From the NCBI RefSeq assembly GCF_009914755.1, contig NC_060947.1: a stretch of DNA of 64,000 bases. One strand, written 5' to 3'. The DNA is from the human T2T-CHM13v2.0 reference genome, Homo sapiens. The position numbers were made by a program, and so were the translations under genes. Under the pieces are notes generated by a model that worked only from the letters and a program-made list of their open reading frames with translations, was not told the origin of the DNA and did no database searches. Within the stretch, counting starts at the first letter, position 1. The number at the start of each line of letters is the position of its first letter. This document shows positions 1-14,692 of this stretch, piece after piece.

Positions 1-2105
1 TACAAGTCTAGCTTACTCTGATGGCCAGAGAAAGCCCGCAGGTAGTGTCCCAGGAATTTGAAGTAGGAAGCCACCAGGTCAGGGTCCATGGGAATGGTGA
101 GAGCTGAGGGTTCTTTGATGGGGCACCAACAGCTTCTGCTCCACCCGCCAAACCCATTCTCTTCATGCCAGCTCTTTCTCACATCTGCTCTTCTGCACAG
201 ACAGGCCCGGGCCTGCCTTCTCCGACTTTGGCTCTCTGGAAGACAGAGTTCTGGACTGGGCTGAGCCATTTCTTTGGGGTGTGGGTGGGCAAAAGCCTGG
301 GTTATCCTTGGCCCAACAGACCAGATGAAGTTAAGGAGCCCGAGGGCAGGAAGTGAGTAAAAACAGCAGCCCCAAGAGGCCGGCGGACACTAGGAAAAAA
401 TGCTGCAGGGTGGGTTGTGGCTTGGGGGGCTGAAAAAGCAACTGAGGTGTCTGGAGGCACACTCTTTGGAGATAATCAATTTGGGACATAATTTGAGCTC
501 TTTTGCCTTCTTTAGGCCAGTGGCAGCTACCTGCCCTGCAGTGATTATGAAATATAATAGAATCCTATTGCCCAAATGAGAAGTCTGAAGGAGTAGAGGC
601 TACACATCACTGCTAAGCTGGTTCCTGGATGTCTTTAAAAAACTCATCGATGTGGTCACTGTGACTGTATTCTGGTACTTTGATTTGAAGTGCCACCCCG
701 CCCAAGTGCTGATACAACTCTTTCCCGCTCAGTCAGTCTTTGCCTCAGGCATCAAGCCTAAGAAATTGTGGATTCCTTGAGAATCCAATAGCATGGAACA
801 CTAGGACCATCAACACGTTGAGAATGTTCTCTCCCTTGATTTCAGACAGACTTATTCTGCTATTGGGGTTACGTGAGTGCACTTATGGCTCACTTAAAGT
901 GATTCAGAGCAGTAAATGTGTGTGACATTGATTGTGTGGGTGGGCAAGAAGGACAAGAATAATAAGCAACAAAAAATTCCCATTTAATGTTATATTGTAA
1001 CTTAATATTCTCTATACAAAAAAATAAAATGTTTTCTCTTAAAAATATAGAAATATTTTCCTGAGGAAATTTCTAACCAAAACTGTCTTATGCTCATAAA
1101 ATGTTAGTGAGTGGCTGGTTCATATCCTTTATTGTTTTAAAATATCCTTATCCTTTTTAATCATGGTTGAAGTGATATATGCATGAACTTTGCAAGGCAT
1201 AAGAAAACATAATTTACTTGACATGATTTGGGGAGAGAAAAACTGAAATATATTAAACAACCCTCAACCGCATTATTTAGAAAGAAGAAAATCAGAGACA
1301 CTAATTGCCCATGATGGCTATTTATACAACACACCACTGGAGGCAAGGGATACTGGCTGCTCTTGAAATAGGCAGTTTAAATCTGATCCAGCAGGCAACC
1401 AGTGGAGCCAGTAAAGACACATAATCTGGGAGGTGACATGTTTTCTCTGTTAAAGTTCAGCTATTGAGAAGGTAAAGAAACAAGAACAGGCCCTAAGTCT
1501 AATTTTGAAATCTCAAACGAAACTGCAGAGTGGGAAAACTCTGTCCCCTTTCCTATCTCATTCACCTGCTTGATGCCCTTCCTGTAGATGCCCACCATCC
1601 TGAAGATGACCCCTAAATGTCCCAAACTCAACTAAGCAATGACTCCTGCTCTAGAATGATCCTTTCTTTTCTTCACATCAACGAAAATGTACCTGTGTCT
1701 TATCCTTCAAGTTTGCTGTATGATTAATTAGCTGCCAGCTATTGTATAATCTAATAAACAAATTCCCAAGAAGGAGTCAAGGGCTAATGGTGGCAAAAGG
1801 AAAATCCATCAATTTCCCACTTCAATCTGGGTATCAATGTAGGAAGGTCCTATTTTGTTAATGGATTCTGTTACTGTGAACACTAAAAGTGAAATGAAGA
1901 AATACCTGGGGAATCCCTCAATGTTTTAAGGATTTTAGTAGTTCCCAAAGAAGTTGTGATGGGCGAATACACTCAGTTGCCAAATCATTTTGTTCCCTAT
2001 TTAATGGTGTTTAAATGAAAGGATCCCTATTAGAGAAAGAGGAAAGGTCTACATTTATATTTTTCCAAATACACAGGATAACTTGAATTTCTAAAAAAAA
2101 AATCA

Positions 2106-2253
2106 TCCAGGCATAGTGGCGTGCACCTGTAGTCCCAGCTACTTGGGAGGCTGAGGCAGGGGGATCACTTGAGCCCATAAGTTCAAGTTCAGCCTGGGTA
2201 ACATAGTGAGACCCTCATTTCTAAAAAAATAAATTTTTAAAATTAAAAAAAAA
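2106..2253 (+). mobile_element. Free Alu monomer (FLAM-like)
   Basis: Single Alu arm (ccaggcatagtggcgtgcacctgtagtcccagc...agcctgggtaacatagtgagaccc) with an A-rich tail. Confidence 0.85.
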
Positions 2254-2872
2254 AGTCTAAGGGAGTGACTTCAGAATCCTCAGTTCTAATAAATTAAAAA
2301 TATATTTTCCTCTTTCACTGGTAGAATGTAAATTCTAAATTCCATTTCTCAAATCATTTTTTTAGGCAGTGTACCTGAAATGGCATTGGCCTCTCTAAGC
2401 CTTAAGGTATCTTTGTTTTGACTCACTGCCAGACAATATGAATCGTCATCAGAGTAAAATATGGACCAACACAGCCACACAAAAGACACTATCTGTTATA
2501 ACCCAGTAGTATGGAAGGCTCGCCCCAGGTTCTCCAAAAAGGCCCTGTGCCTATTCCCAAGTGACCCTCGCACCAAAAACACTATCCCTTCACTCCCAAA
2601 GATGTTGTAACTAACATTGTCAAGCAGAATTACTTTAGGGGAAGGAATGAAATCTAAGTTAAACTATGGAGCAACAGCAATGTACCAGGCAGTATACAGT
2701 AGGAGGCTTTTATAGACTTGTATTTCTTTTACTTGTCTCAAAAAGTTGTAAAATGGCTATTATAATTCTCCATTTCTCAAAGAGAAACCTCAAAAAGTAA
2801 AAAAAATCCTTGCTACCTAAATTAATAAGTGATAGAATCAAAACTGGCTGACTCATGCTATTTCCTTAAAAT

Positions 2873-3070
2873 CAATGCTTCTCCAAGTGTGATCCCTAGA
2901 CCAGCAGCCTCAGCATCACCTGGGAATTTGTTAGAAATGTACTTTCTCAGGCCTCACACCAGACCTACTGGATGAGAAACTCAAATCTCAGTAACTCAGC
3001 AATTTATGGATTTGTGTTTTAACAAGCCCTCCCAGTGATGCTGATGCTCATTAAAGTTTGAGAACTCCTG
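2873..3070. mobile_element. MER5A-like hAT-Charlie MITE
   Basis: gaccagcagcctcagcatcacctgggaatttgttagaaatg...ttttaacaagccctccc...aaagtttgagaactcctg. Confidence 0.8.
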
Positions 3071-3479
3071 TCCCAGATCACATTGCCTTTCAAATCCACC
3101 ATGACCATATCCAAGGACAAGCTGGCTACAGTTTTGCCCCTACCATGAGCATTTGATCCTTACAAGCCCAGATACAAGCCTACTCCTCTGTAACCACCCT
3201 GTTCTCAGATGATCTCTTTCTCCTCTGAGCCTCAACAGCGGTCATTGCCTATATAATCCTTTTGCCAATTTATCACTTACGTCTTATGACAACTCTTCCA
3301 CTGGGGACTGAAACTCTTAGACCTTTGTAGCAATATAATTTTTCACACTTCTCTTCCACTTAACAGTGCCTGACAACAGTGGCTTGTATAAAGCAACACG
3401 CTCCATAAATATTAGTTTCCATGATGAATGGAGAGATCAGAAGCTATAACAATTGCTTTATATACTACAAGAATATAGG

Positions 3480-3803
3480 AGCCAGGTGCGGTGGCTCACA
3501 CCTGTAATCCCAGCATGTTGGAAGGCCAAGGTGGGAGAATTGCTTGAGTCCAGGAGTTTGAGACAAGCCTGGACAACGTAGTGAGACTCCGTCTCTAGAA
3601 AAAAACCAAAAAATTTAGCGAGGTGTGGTGGCACACAACTGTGGAACTAGCTACTCAAGAAGTTCAGGTAGGAGGATCGCTTGAGCCCGAGAGGTGAAGG
3701 CTGCAGTGAGCAATAATCAATGATCCCATATCTGCACTCCAGTCTAGGTGACAGAGCAAGATCCTGTCTAAAAATAATAAAATAAAATAAAATAAAATAA
3801 AAT
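3480..3803 (+). mobile_element. AluJ with (TAAAA)n tail
   Basis: Dimeric Alu with J-type gcttgagcccgagaggtgaaggctgcagtgagc. Confidence 0.9.
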
Positions 3804-3884
3804 AGGAATATTGGGATATTCTTCAGTCTGGAGAGCACTCATTAAATGAAATGCTGGCAAATGAGAATGCGTCCTTCTCACGGC

Positions 3885-4045
3885 GATTGCTTCTTGAACT
3901 CTAATGTGTGACAAATCATCTGAGGATCTTATTGAAATGCAGATTACATGTAGGAGGTCTGAGATGGAGTCTAACATTCTAAATTCCTACAAGCTTCCAG
4001 GTGGCGTTGATGCTGCTGGTCTACAGAGCACACTTTGAGTAGCAT
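3885..4045. mobile_element. MER5-family MITE, opposite orientation to 2873-3070
   Basis: gatcttattgaaatgcagatt...gatgctgctggtctacagagcacactttgagtagca. Confidence 0.7.
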
Positions 4046-5420
4046 AGCTAAGGCAACCGTGATCTTGATGGATCTGAAAACTGTGACACAGGAAGAATAG
4101 TTGAGGTGAGGACCTAGGTGGTCTTCAGATATTTGAAGATGAGGAATACGTGCACACTTAGCTGGTCCGAGAGCAGTGAGAGGAAGTTACATTACATTAA
4201 GAAGACTTTAATTTCAGCTCAATAGGGAAGAACTTCCAAATAATCAAAATCGTATCTATTGTAAATGTGTTACCTCAAAATACCTGTGCACTTACCATGC
4301 CCAGAGGTACCACAGGAAGGAATCCTGAATGGGACAAGGTGAACAAGATGGTCCCAGGGCCAATTCAGCATCAAGATTTCAGTACAGGGCTTTCCTTCCC
4401 CAAGTGAGACCACGCCTCTTTCATATTAATAATGTTGTCAGTGTTACCAACATAGGTATACTGAAGAAAATTTATAGAAGTGTAAAGGGAAAATGAAAAT
4501 CAGTAAAAATCCTATTACCCAGAGATAACTACTGTGAACATTTTGGACTATTTCCTATAAGCCCTATAAGCCCTTTTCTAAGCACATGGTTTTAAATAAT
4601 TGACATTTTCTTGATATAGAATTTTGAACTCTGATCTTTTTCCCTTCGTATTTGTATCTTAAGTCCTCCTGTCATTCGTATTTGTATCTTAAGTAAGTCC
4701 TAACGTCATTTAAAAAAACGCTTCATACGCATCTTCTTAACGGCTGCATCATATTGCTTCCTTATATGTACTGAAATGGATTTTACCAGGCCCTAATTGT
4801 AGGACATTTCTGTTATTTCCATATCTTCACTATTTTACATAATATTACAAATGTTAACTTAGTGCATAAATCTTGGTCAGCATCTCTGACTATTTCCTTA
4901 GGTTGTCTTCTAGAGGATGGATATGTTAAGGTTTTAAATGGATGCTCCTGAATTGCTATTTATAAAGGTTGTACCAATTTACATTCCCACCAGAAATAAG
5001 AGAAGGTACAGATTCCTCATTTTCCTCGGCAATAAATTACTACTTTTTAACGTTTATGACATTGATTTCATGGAAATAGAATCTTATTATAGTATTTCCT
5101 TTACTTGATTTACATTCAACATCAAATGCAATTTTAGGTTTGTCGACCATTTTTCTGTTTTGTGACTGTGTTCTTTACTTATTTTTCATTAGTCATAGAA
5201 TATTCCTTATCAAATGTGTATAACATACTTTTTATATATTACAAATAAATGTGATGATCCATCATTTGTCATATTTAAAATATTTGCTGTCTAATTTTAT
5301 GTTTTTGAGGTTCTAAAATTTTAATTTTGTTATCAAATCTGTTAATCTTTTTCTGTTGCTTTCAATTTCTTTTACACTTGTAAAGTTCCCTATTAGACTA
5401 CACTTAGTCAACAAATGTTC

Positions 5421-5727
5421 TTTTTTTTTTTTTTTTTTTAATTGAGAAAGGGTCTCACTCTGTTGCCCAGGCTGGAGTGCAATGGCCTGATCATGGCTCA
5501 CAGCAGCCTCGACATCCCTGGGCTCAGGTGATCCTGTCACCTCAGCCTCCTGAGTAGCTGGAACTACAGGCATGCACCACCATGCCTGGCTAATTTTTGT
5601 ATTGTTTTGTACAGATGGGGTTTCGCCATGTTGGCCGGGCTGGTCTCAAATTCCTGGGCTCAAGCCATCTGCCCACCTCCACCTCTCAAAGTGCTGGGAT
5701 TACAGGCATGAGCCACTGAGCCCAGCC
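5421..5727 (-). mobile_element. AluJ
   Basis: Poly-T plus antisense dimeric Alu. TSD CAAATGTTC at 5412-5420 and 5728-5736. Confidence 0.92.
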
Positions 5728-5867
5728 CAAATGTTCAATTTTGATGGCTTGAATTTTGACAGTGAACTTTTATAATTAACATTCAGATTGGTTATATAGT
5801 TTTATTTTCTGAATAACTGTTTTTCTGTTCAGTGTCTTGAATAACGGGTGTTTTCTCCCACTGAATT

Positions 5868-6030
5868 GTTTTTATTGTTGTTGTTAGAGGTACAATCTCT
5901 TTGTCACTCAGGCTGGAGTGCAGTGGCACAATCATAGCTCACTGCAGCCTCGAACTCCTGGGCTCAAGGGCCCTCCTGCCTTGGCCTCCCAAAGTGCCAG
6001 GATTACAAGCATGAGCCACCGCACCCTGCC
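5868..6030 (-). mobile_element. Alu monomer (FRAM/FAM-like)
   Basis: Single arm with the right-arm insertion. Flanking repeat CACTGAATT at 5859-5867 and 6032-6040. Confidence 0.8.
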
Positions 6031-6114
6031 TCACTGAATTTTTTTACATTAAAAATTTTAATTTTATTTGTTAATGGTACAAAACACTTTTGCTCTGTAA
6101 ACATTAATATTTCT

Positions 6115-6284
6115 TTTTTTTTCTTTTTTTATTATTATTATACTTTAAGTTTTAGGGTACATGTGCACAATGTGCACGTTAGTTACATATGTATACATGT
6201 GCCATGCTGGTGTGCTGCACCCATTAACTCGTCATTTAGCATTAGGTATATCTCCTAATGCTATCCCTCCCCCCTCCCCCCACC
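6115..6284 (-). mobile_element. Severely 5'-truncated young primate L1 (about L1PA3-4) 3' end
   Basis: ttatactttaagttttagggtacatgtgcac...attaggtatatctcctaatgctatccctccc. Perfect 15-bp TSD AACATTAATATTTCT at 6100-6114 and 6285-6299. Confidence 0.93.
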
Positions 6285-7032
6285 AACATTAATATTTCTA
6301 GTGAGAGCAATATGACTGAATATGCATCATTTTTAAAATCTTCACTTAACACAAGCAATAAACTATCTTAAAGTCTTAAATCAAGACTATTTTAATACCT
6401 ATTTCCCAATGTTTCATTTTTTAAAATTTCAAAATTACAGAAAAATTAAAAGAATAGCACAATTAATACCTATATATCCTTTGCCAATTGTTAATATTTT
6501 GGCATATTTCCTTTAACTCTTTTTTATCTGTTTATCTATCTATCTTCTATCTTTGTTTTGTTTTCCTGAACCACTTAATAGATGCAGTCATTTTGACACT
6601 TCACCTGAAAATCTTCACCATGTATCTCTGCAAAACAAGGGGATTCTTATATGAATAAAATACCTGGAAAACAGCTTTTATACAACATTATTATCTAACA
6701 GAGTCCATATTCAAATTTCCTTGATTTTCCTGAACTATGTCCTTTATTGCTTTAATTTTCCTTATATAGAATCCAATCCGGGATCACACATTATATTTAG
6801 TCATTTTAGCCCTTTAGTCTTCTTTTTTGCCTTTCATGATACTGACAGTTGGTAATGTTTCAGGCCAGTTGTCTTGTAGAATGTCTCACAATTTGGTTAG
6901 TCTGATAATTTATTCAAGGACAGATCCTCGTGAAATATTATTATTATTAGAAAAATTACACAGGTGATGTTTTGTATTTGTCAGGGCATCACATCAGGAG
7001 ACTCACTGATTGTTTTTAAAAAATCAGCATAA

Positions 7033-7350
<318 letters not shown>

Positions 7351-9281
7351 GTTTAACTGAGGTATAACTTAGATATAATAAACTTCACTGATTTTAAATG
7401 TAAAATTAGATGAGTATTGGCAAACATATAGTCATGAAACTACCACTTCAACTATGATTAAGAATATCTGCAACATCCCTAAGGGCTCCCATGTACCTCT
7501 TTGCAATCAATCCCCTGCCCACACCCCTGGCATCTACTGATCTGCTGTCACTATAGTCTTGGCTTTTCTAGAACGTCCTATGAGTAGATCATACTGACTT
7601 CTCTTGTCTGTATTCCTTCACTTAACATAGGGCATTTGAGATACATCCATGCGGTTGCATATATCAATAATTTGTTCCTTTTATTAGTTAGTAATTGATT
7701 GTATGGATGTATCAGTGTGTGTATCCATTCACCAGTTGATTGACACTTTGATTCTTGCCAATTTGGGAATACCATTAACAAAGCTGCTATGAATATTTCA
7801 GTACAAGTCTTTGTGTGAACATATGTTTTCATTTCTCTTGGGCATATACCTAGGCATGGGATCACTGCTTCGTATGGTATGTTTAATTTTGTAAGAAACT
7901 CCCAAACTGTTCTCCAAAGTGACTATATCATTTTTGCACTTCCACCAGTTGCTCTGCATCCTAGCCAGCTCTTGATATTTTTTTAAACTTTATTTTAGCC
8001 ATTCTAATAGGATATGTAATGACGGCACATGTGGCTTTAATTTGCATTTCCTTAATGGCAAATGATGTTGAACTCCTTTTCATGTGTTTATTTACCATCC
8101 AAATAGCTTCCTTAGTGAAGTTATCTCTTCAAGTCCTTGGCCTAGTTTTTAAATTGGGTTGTTATCTTAATGTTGAGTTTTAAAAGTTCTTCATATATTT
8201 TGGATATGTCTTTGTTAGATATGTGATTTACAAATGCTTTCTCCCAGTCTGTGACTTGCCTAATTTTCTTAATCATTTCTTTTGGACAAAATTATAAATT
8301 TTGATCAAGTTCATCACATTTTTCTGTGTTTCATGTTCATTAATCTTTTCTTCTGCAGTGTCTAATCTGCTGCTATTCCCATCCAGTGTGTTTTTTTGGC
8401 CTTTTTAATATCTTCCTTGCTCCTTATCATATTCATGTTTTCCTTTGCCTTATTGAACATATGGATATATTAGCTGTTTTAATTTTGTAGTGTTCTTCAA
8501 ATAGCTTTGTTAATCTAAGGTTATTCCTGGGTCTTCTAAGAGATTGCATTATTATGAAAGTGATTTCTTTTGCCGATTTACCAGAAAGCTGATTTCTATG
8601 TATATTTCTATATACATATATATGTACACCTTATATGCATAACTTTTCTGAATTGTTTAATTATAAGACGATCTTTAAAAATTATTCTCTTGGTTTCTCT
8701 CTGTAGACTATCCTTTCATCTGAAAATAAGAATTATCCTATCCAATAAGCTTATCCTATCTGATAGTACTACTTCTCATTTCTGTTATGTATCTTATAAT
8801 CTTTGCTTATATATTTCCGTAAATAATAACAAATAATAATAGTGACGCTGGCTATCCTTGCTTAAGATTTAACATGAATATCATTTTTCACTGTTAAGGG
8901 TGATGTTTGCTATTACTTTGAAATAAATCTTCCCTATCTTGCTAAGAAAGTATTCACACATTGCTAACTTTTGAAGCACTTTCATAAGAAATGAGTGGAG
9001 TTTATCTAATGTATTGTTGGCATTTAATGTGAAGATCACATGCCTTAAGATGTAATACATTAACTGATTCTAAATATTTAACAATTTTTTACTGCTGTGA
9101 CGTAGCCTATTTTGTTACAGTGAATTATCCTTTTAATACACTGTTGGATCTGATTTAATGATACTTTAAGATATTTGCATGTATAAGTGACATTGAATCA
9201 TTTTCCTTTTCGCACTATTTTTAACGTGTTATGAAATGAATGTTATGTGAGTTTTACAAAAATAACTAGTTTTCTATTTTT

Positions 9282-9400
9282 AGTGTGGTAGTTAAGGGTA
9301 CAGACTCTAGAGCTAGACTGTATAAACTTGAATCCAAGATTCACCACTTTACTAGCTGAGCGATAATAGGCAAGTTACTTAATCTCCTTAGTTTTCTTTT
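9282..9400 (+). mobile_element. MIR fragment
   Basis: gtggtagttaagggtacagactctagagctagactg...ggcaagttacttaatctc. Confidence 0.75.
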
Positions 9401-9586
9401 TAAAAAATATTTTTCTAATTTCTTAGCATATATTTGTACATAATATTCCCTATAATTTTATAACGCTGTCTATATCCTCTATTACATGTATGATTCTCCA
9501 TTTCATTATAAGTAATAATATTTACATATTATTTTTATAGAGCTGATTCCTGAATTTTATTACAAAATTCTACTGATTGCTGTTTC

Positions 9587-9898
9587 TTTTTTTTTTTTTT
9601 TTTTCTTTTTGAGACAGAGTTTTACTCTTGTCACCGCGGCTGGAGTGCAATGGCCGATCTCGGCTCACTGTGCAACCTCCGCTTCCCAGGTTCAAGCAAT
9701 TCTCCTGCCTCAGCCTCCTGAGTAGTAGCTGGGATTACAGGCGCCCACCTCCACGCGTGGCTAATTTTTTGTGTTTTTAGTAGAGATGGGATTTCACCAC
9801 GTTGGCCAGGCTGGTCTCGAACTCTTGACCTCAGGTGATCCACCCGCCTAGGCCTCCCAAAGTGCTGGGATTACAGGCGTGAGCCACTGCGCCCAGCC
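9587..9898 (-). mobile_element. AluS
   Basis: Poly-T plus antisense dimeric Alu. Confidence 0.93.
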
Positions 9899-11493
9899 TA
9901 TTTCTGATTTTAAATTCATGTTTTTCTTCCTCCAGCTTTTGATAGCGTTTTATCTAATTTGTTTATACACGTGCTTTATATAATACTTTAGAAATTTAAG
10001 CTATGAGTTTATCTTTAAATACGACTTTATTCATATTTCATAAATTGTACAGGTTTCTTTTACAACTTTACTGATGTATAACTGATACACAGTGAACAAT
10101 ACTAATCCACTTTCTGTCAGTATAGACAAGTTTGCATTCTTTGGAAACTTATGTAAATGAAATCACATAGTATGTATGCTTTTATTTCCGGTTTTTCACT
10201 AACCACTTTTACTTTGGGATTCATCCATATTCATGACATGTATCAATAGTGCATTTTTTGGATATATTGCTATTTATTCATTTACCTGGAAATTTGGGTT
10301 GTTTCCAGTTTTTAACTCTTATAAATAAAGCTGTTATGACATTTGTATGTAAGACTTTGTGTGGAAATGTCCTTTCATTTCTCTTGGGTAAATACCTAGG
10401 AGTAGAATAGCTAGGAGGGTGTATGTTGAACGTTTTAAGAAACTACCAAATTGTTTTCCAAGATGGTCGTACTAGTTTGCATTCCCAACAGCAGCATGCC
10501 GGTTGCTCCACATCCTCACCAACAATTGCGATGATGTAATTTGAGATGTTCTATTAGGTATGTATTGTTATCTTATTATGGTTTTGGTTTGCATTTCCTT
10601 ATTCATATTGAGCATCTTTTTATGTGCTTATTTGCCATCTGCATACCCTCCAGTACAATGCTGAGCAGAAGTGGTGAAAGTGTACATCATATTTTCCTGA
10701 TCTTAGAAGGAAAGCATTCAGTCTCTCACCTTTAAGTGTGATGTTAGCTGTAGGGTTTTTTGTAGGTGCTTTTTATCATGTTGAAGAAGTTCCCTTCTAC
10801 TTTGCTGGGAGTTTTTAATCGGGAATTTTGGATTTTGTCAAATTCTTTTATGAAATCTATTGAAATAATCATGTAATTTTAAAAAATCTGCTACTAACAT
10901 TGATTTTTTGAATGTTAAACCAACTTTGCACTAAGCTAAAGTCTGCTTGGTCATGATGTATTATCATTTTTATAGATTATTGGATTTATTTTTCTAAAAT
11001 TATGTTAAGAAATTTTGAATCATGTGAAGGTGAGCCCTTTGGCTTCCCAGCGATTGTATTTCCTCAGCTATTTGAAGGAGTTTGGTTAAGGTGGCCTATA
11101 AAAAACTTCCTAAAAAGAAATTAAGTCAGCTTGAGACTTCCTTCTTTGAGAAGACATTTAGGGTGCAGTAAGAAGTAAATTTTTAAAAAGGTATATGGAC
11201 ATTTTTTTCTACCTGTGCAATACCATAATTCAGAACTATTCCATACTGTTGTTCTGGAAAAATTTTGCTCGTGGAATGTCAATGGAATGACTGATATTAA
11301 AATGTCTGAAAATGAAGCATCAAACAAAACTGTTGTTTAAAATCTTAAAAAAATAGAAAAAGATGAACAGGTATATATAAAAAGAGAGGGTGATGAATCA
11401 AATGTGATAAAATGTGCAAGAATCTGGGTGAAGGGGATACGGGAGTTCTTTGTACTGTCCTTGCAATGTTTCTGTACATTTAAAAAGATTTCA

Positions 11494-11851
<358 letters not shown>

Positions 11852-14296
11852 GCATCTATGTTCACGAGGAATATTGATCTGTAGTTTCTTTTCCTTTAAA
11901 TATCATTTTCTGGTTTTTGTATCAGAATAACATTCAACTGATAGAATGAGTTGGGAAGTATTCCATTCTCTTCAATTTTTTGGAAGAGTTTATGTAGAAT
12001 CAGTATTATTTCTTTATGAAATGTTTGGTGCAATTCCCGAGTGAAGACACTTTCCTTCTGCCTTTGCATTTCATCTGAATTTTAGAATCAGTATGTCAAT
12101 TTCTACAAAAATGCTTACTCTCATTGTGATTGGGATTACTATGAATCTATAGATCAATTTGGAGAGAACTGCTCATGATAAACGCTTTCATTTTTTCTAT
12201 ATCTGAAAAAGTCTTTATTTTTGCCTTTCTTTAAATTTTTTTAAATTAACCTTTTATTTTTATATAATAGTAGATTAACATGCAGTTGTAAGAAATAATA
12301 CGGGGAAATCTCATGTAGCCCTTACCCAGGTCCCCCACTGGTAACGTCTTGAAAAACTATAGTACTGTATCACACCAGAATACTGACATTGATAGTGAAG
12401 AGACGGAGCGTTTTCATTATCACAAGGATTCATCACTTGCCCTTTTGTATCTACACCCATTTCCTCTCCTCCCAACCTCTACACTACCCCTTTAAACTCT
12501 GGCAGCCACTGATCTGCTGCTCATTTCTATAATTTTGTCAAGAATTCTGTATAAATGGAATAATATAGTATGTAATCTTTGGGGATTGGCTTTTTTCACA
12601 CGGTAATTCTCTGTAGACTCATCCAAGTTGTTACATTGTATCAACAATTCATTCCTTTTTATTGCTGAGTAGTATCCCACAGTATGGAGGTGCTGTAGTT
12701 AACCATTTACCCTTTGAAGGACAGTTAGGCTGTTTGGGTTAGTGTAAATAAAGCTACTATAACCATTCATATATAGGTTTTGTACCCAGGAGTGAAATTG
12801 CTGGGTCGTATGGTAGTTACATGTTTAAAGAAACTATTAAGCTGTTTTACAGAGTGGCTGTACCATTTAACACTCCCACTATCAATGTATGAGTGATCCA
12901 GCTTTTCCACAACCAGCCAGTATTTTACGTTGCTATTTTCATTTTTTTAAACATTCTGATAGATGTGTAGTGATATCGCATTGTAACTTTGTTTGTGTTA
13001 CCCCAATGGTTAAATGATGTTGAATGACTTTTCATGTGCTTTTCATCTGTATATCCTCCTTGGTGAAATGTTGGTTCATGTCTTTTGTAATGGATTGAGT
13101 TTTGAGATTTATTTACATATTCTAGATACTCATCCTTTGTTGCATACATGGTTTGCAAAGATTTTCCCTGAGTCTGTAGCTTGTCTCTTCATCCTCTTAA
13201 TAGGGTCTTTTGCAGAGCAAATGTTTAATTTTAAAAGTCCAATTTATATATTTTTTTCTTTTATGGATCACACTTTTGGTGTTAAGTCTAAGAACTCTTC
13301 ACCTACCCTTTATCCTGAGTATTTTCTCCTGGGTTTTTTTCTACACCTTTTACGTGTTTACATTTTACCCTTAAGCCCATGATCCTTTTTGAGGTGATAT
13401 TTGTACAAAGCATGAAGCTTAGGTCAAGGCTTTTCTTTCTTTTTGCCTATAAATGTTTGGTTACTTCAGCACCACTTGGTGAAATTGATTTAGTATTTTT
13501 GTCAAAAATCAGTTGATGATATTTGTGTGAGTCTATTTCTGGGTTCTCTATCCACTTCCAATGATCTATGTTTCTATGCTCCTACCAATGCCAAACAGTC
13601 TTGATGATTGTAGCTATATAATAAAAATATTTAAATCAGATAGACTGACTCCTCCACTTTGACCTTCTTCAAAATCATTTTAGCTTTTCTAGTTCCATTC
13701 TTTTTCCATATAAATTTTAAAATAATCTTGTCTATATCTACAAAAAGTGTTGCTGAACTTTTAGTGGGAATTGCATTATATTTGTATTTCAATTTGGGAG
13801 AATTTACATCTTTATTATATTGAGCCTTCCAGTTCATAGTCAACTGACATTTTTGAGGTGAAATTCGCATTGCATGAAATTAACCATTTTACAGTGTAAA
13901 ATTAAGTGGCATTTAGTACATTCACCATGTTGTACAACCACCACCTGTGTCTAGTTCCAAAACATTTTCATTGTCCCCAAAGAAAACCCTGTCTTGATTA
14001 AGCAGTCACTCCCCATTCCTTCCTTCCTCCAGCTCACTCTGCTTTCTGTCTTGATGAACTTAACCTATTCTGGATATTCATATCAATAAAGCCATATAAT
14101 ACATGACCTTTTGTATCTGGTTTCTTTTAGTTAGCATGTTTTTGAGGTTCCTCCATGTTGTGGCATGTATCCATACCTCAATCCTTTTTTGACTAAATAA
14201 TATTCCACAGTATATATATGCCATAATTTGCTCATCCATCTATAAATGTACATTTGGGTTGTTTTCTGCTAAGAACATTTGTGCATAAATATTTGA

Positions 14297-14692
<396 letters not shown>

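Noticed and set aside
1-480. Slightly GC-richer stretch with a 63-aa ORF, considered as an exon or pseudogene
   Set aside because: No recognisable protein, no CpG island and no convincing splice pair.
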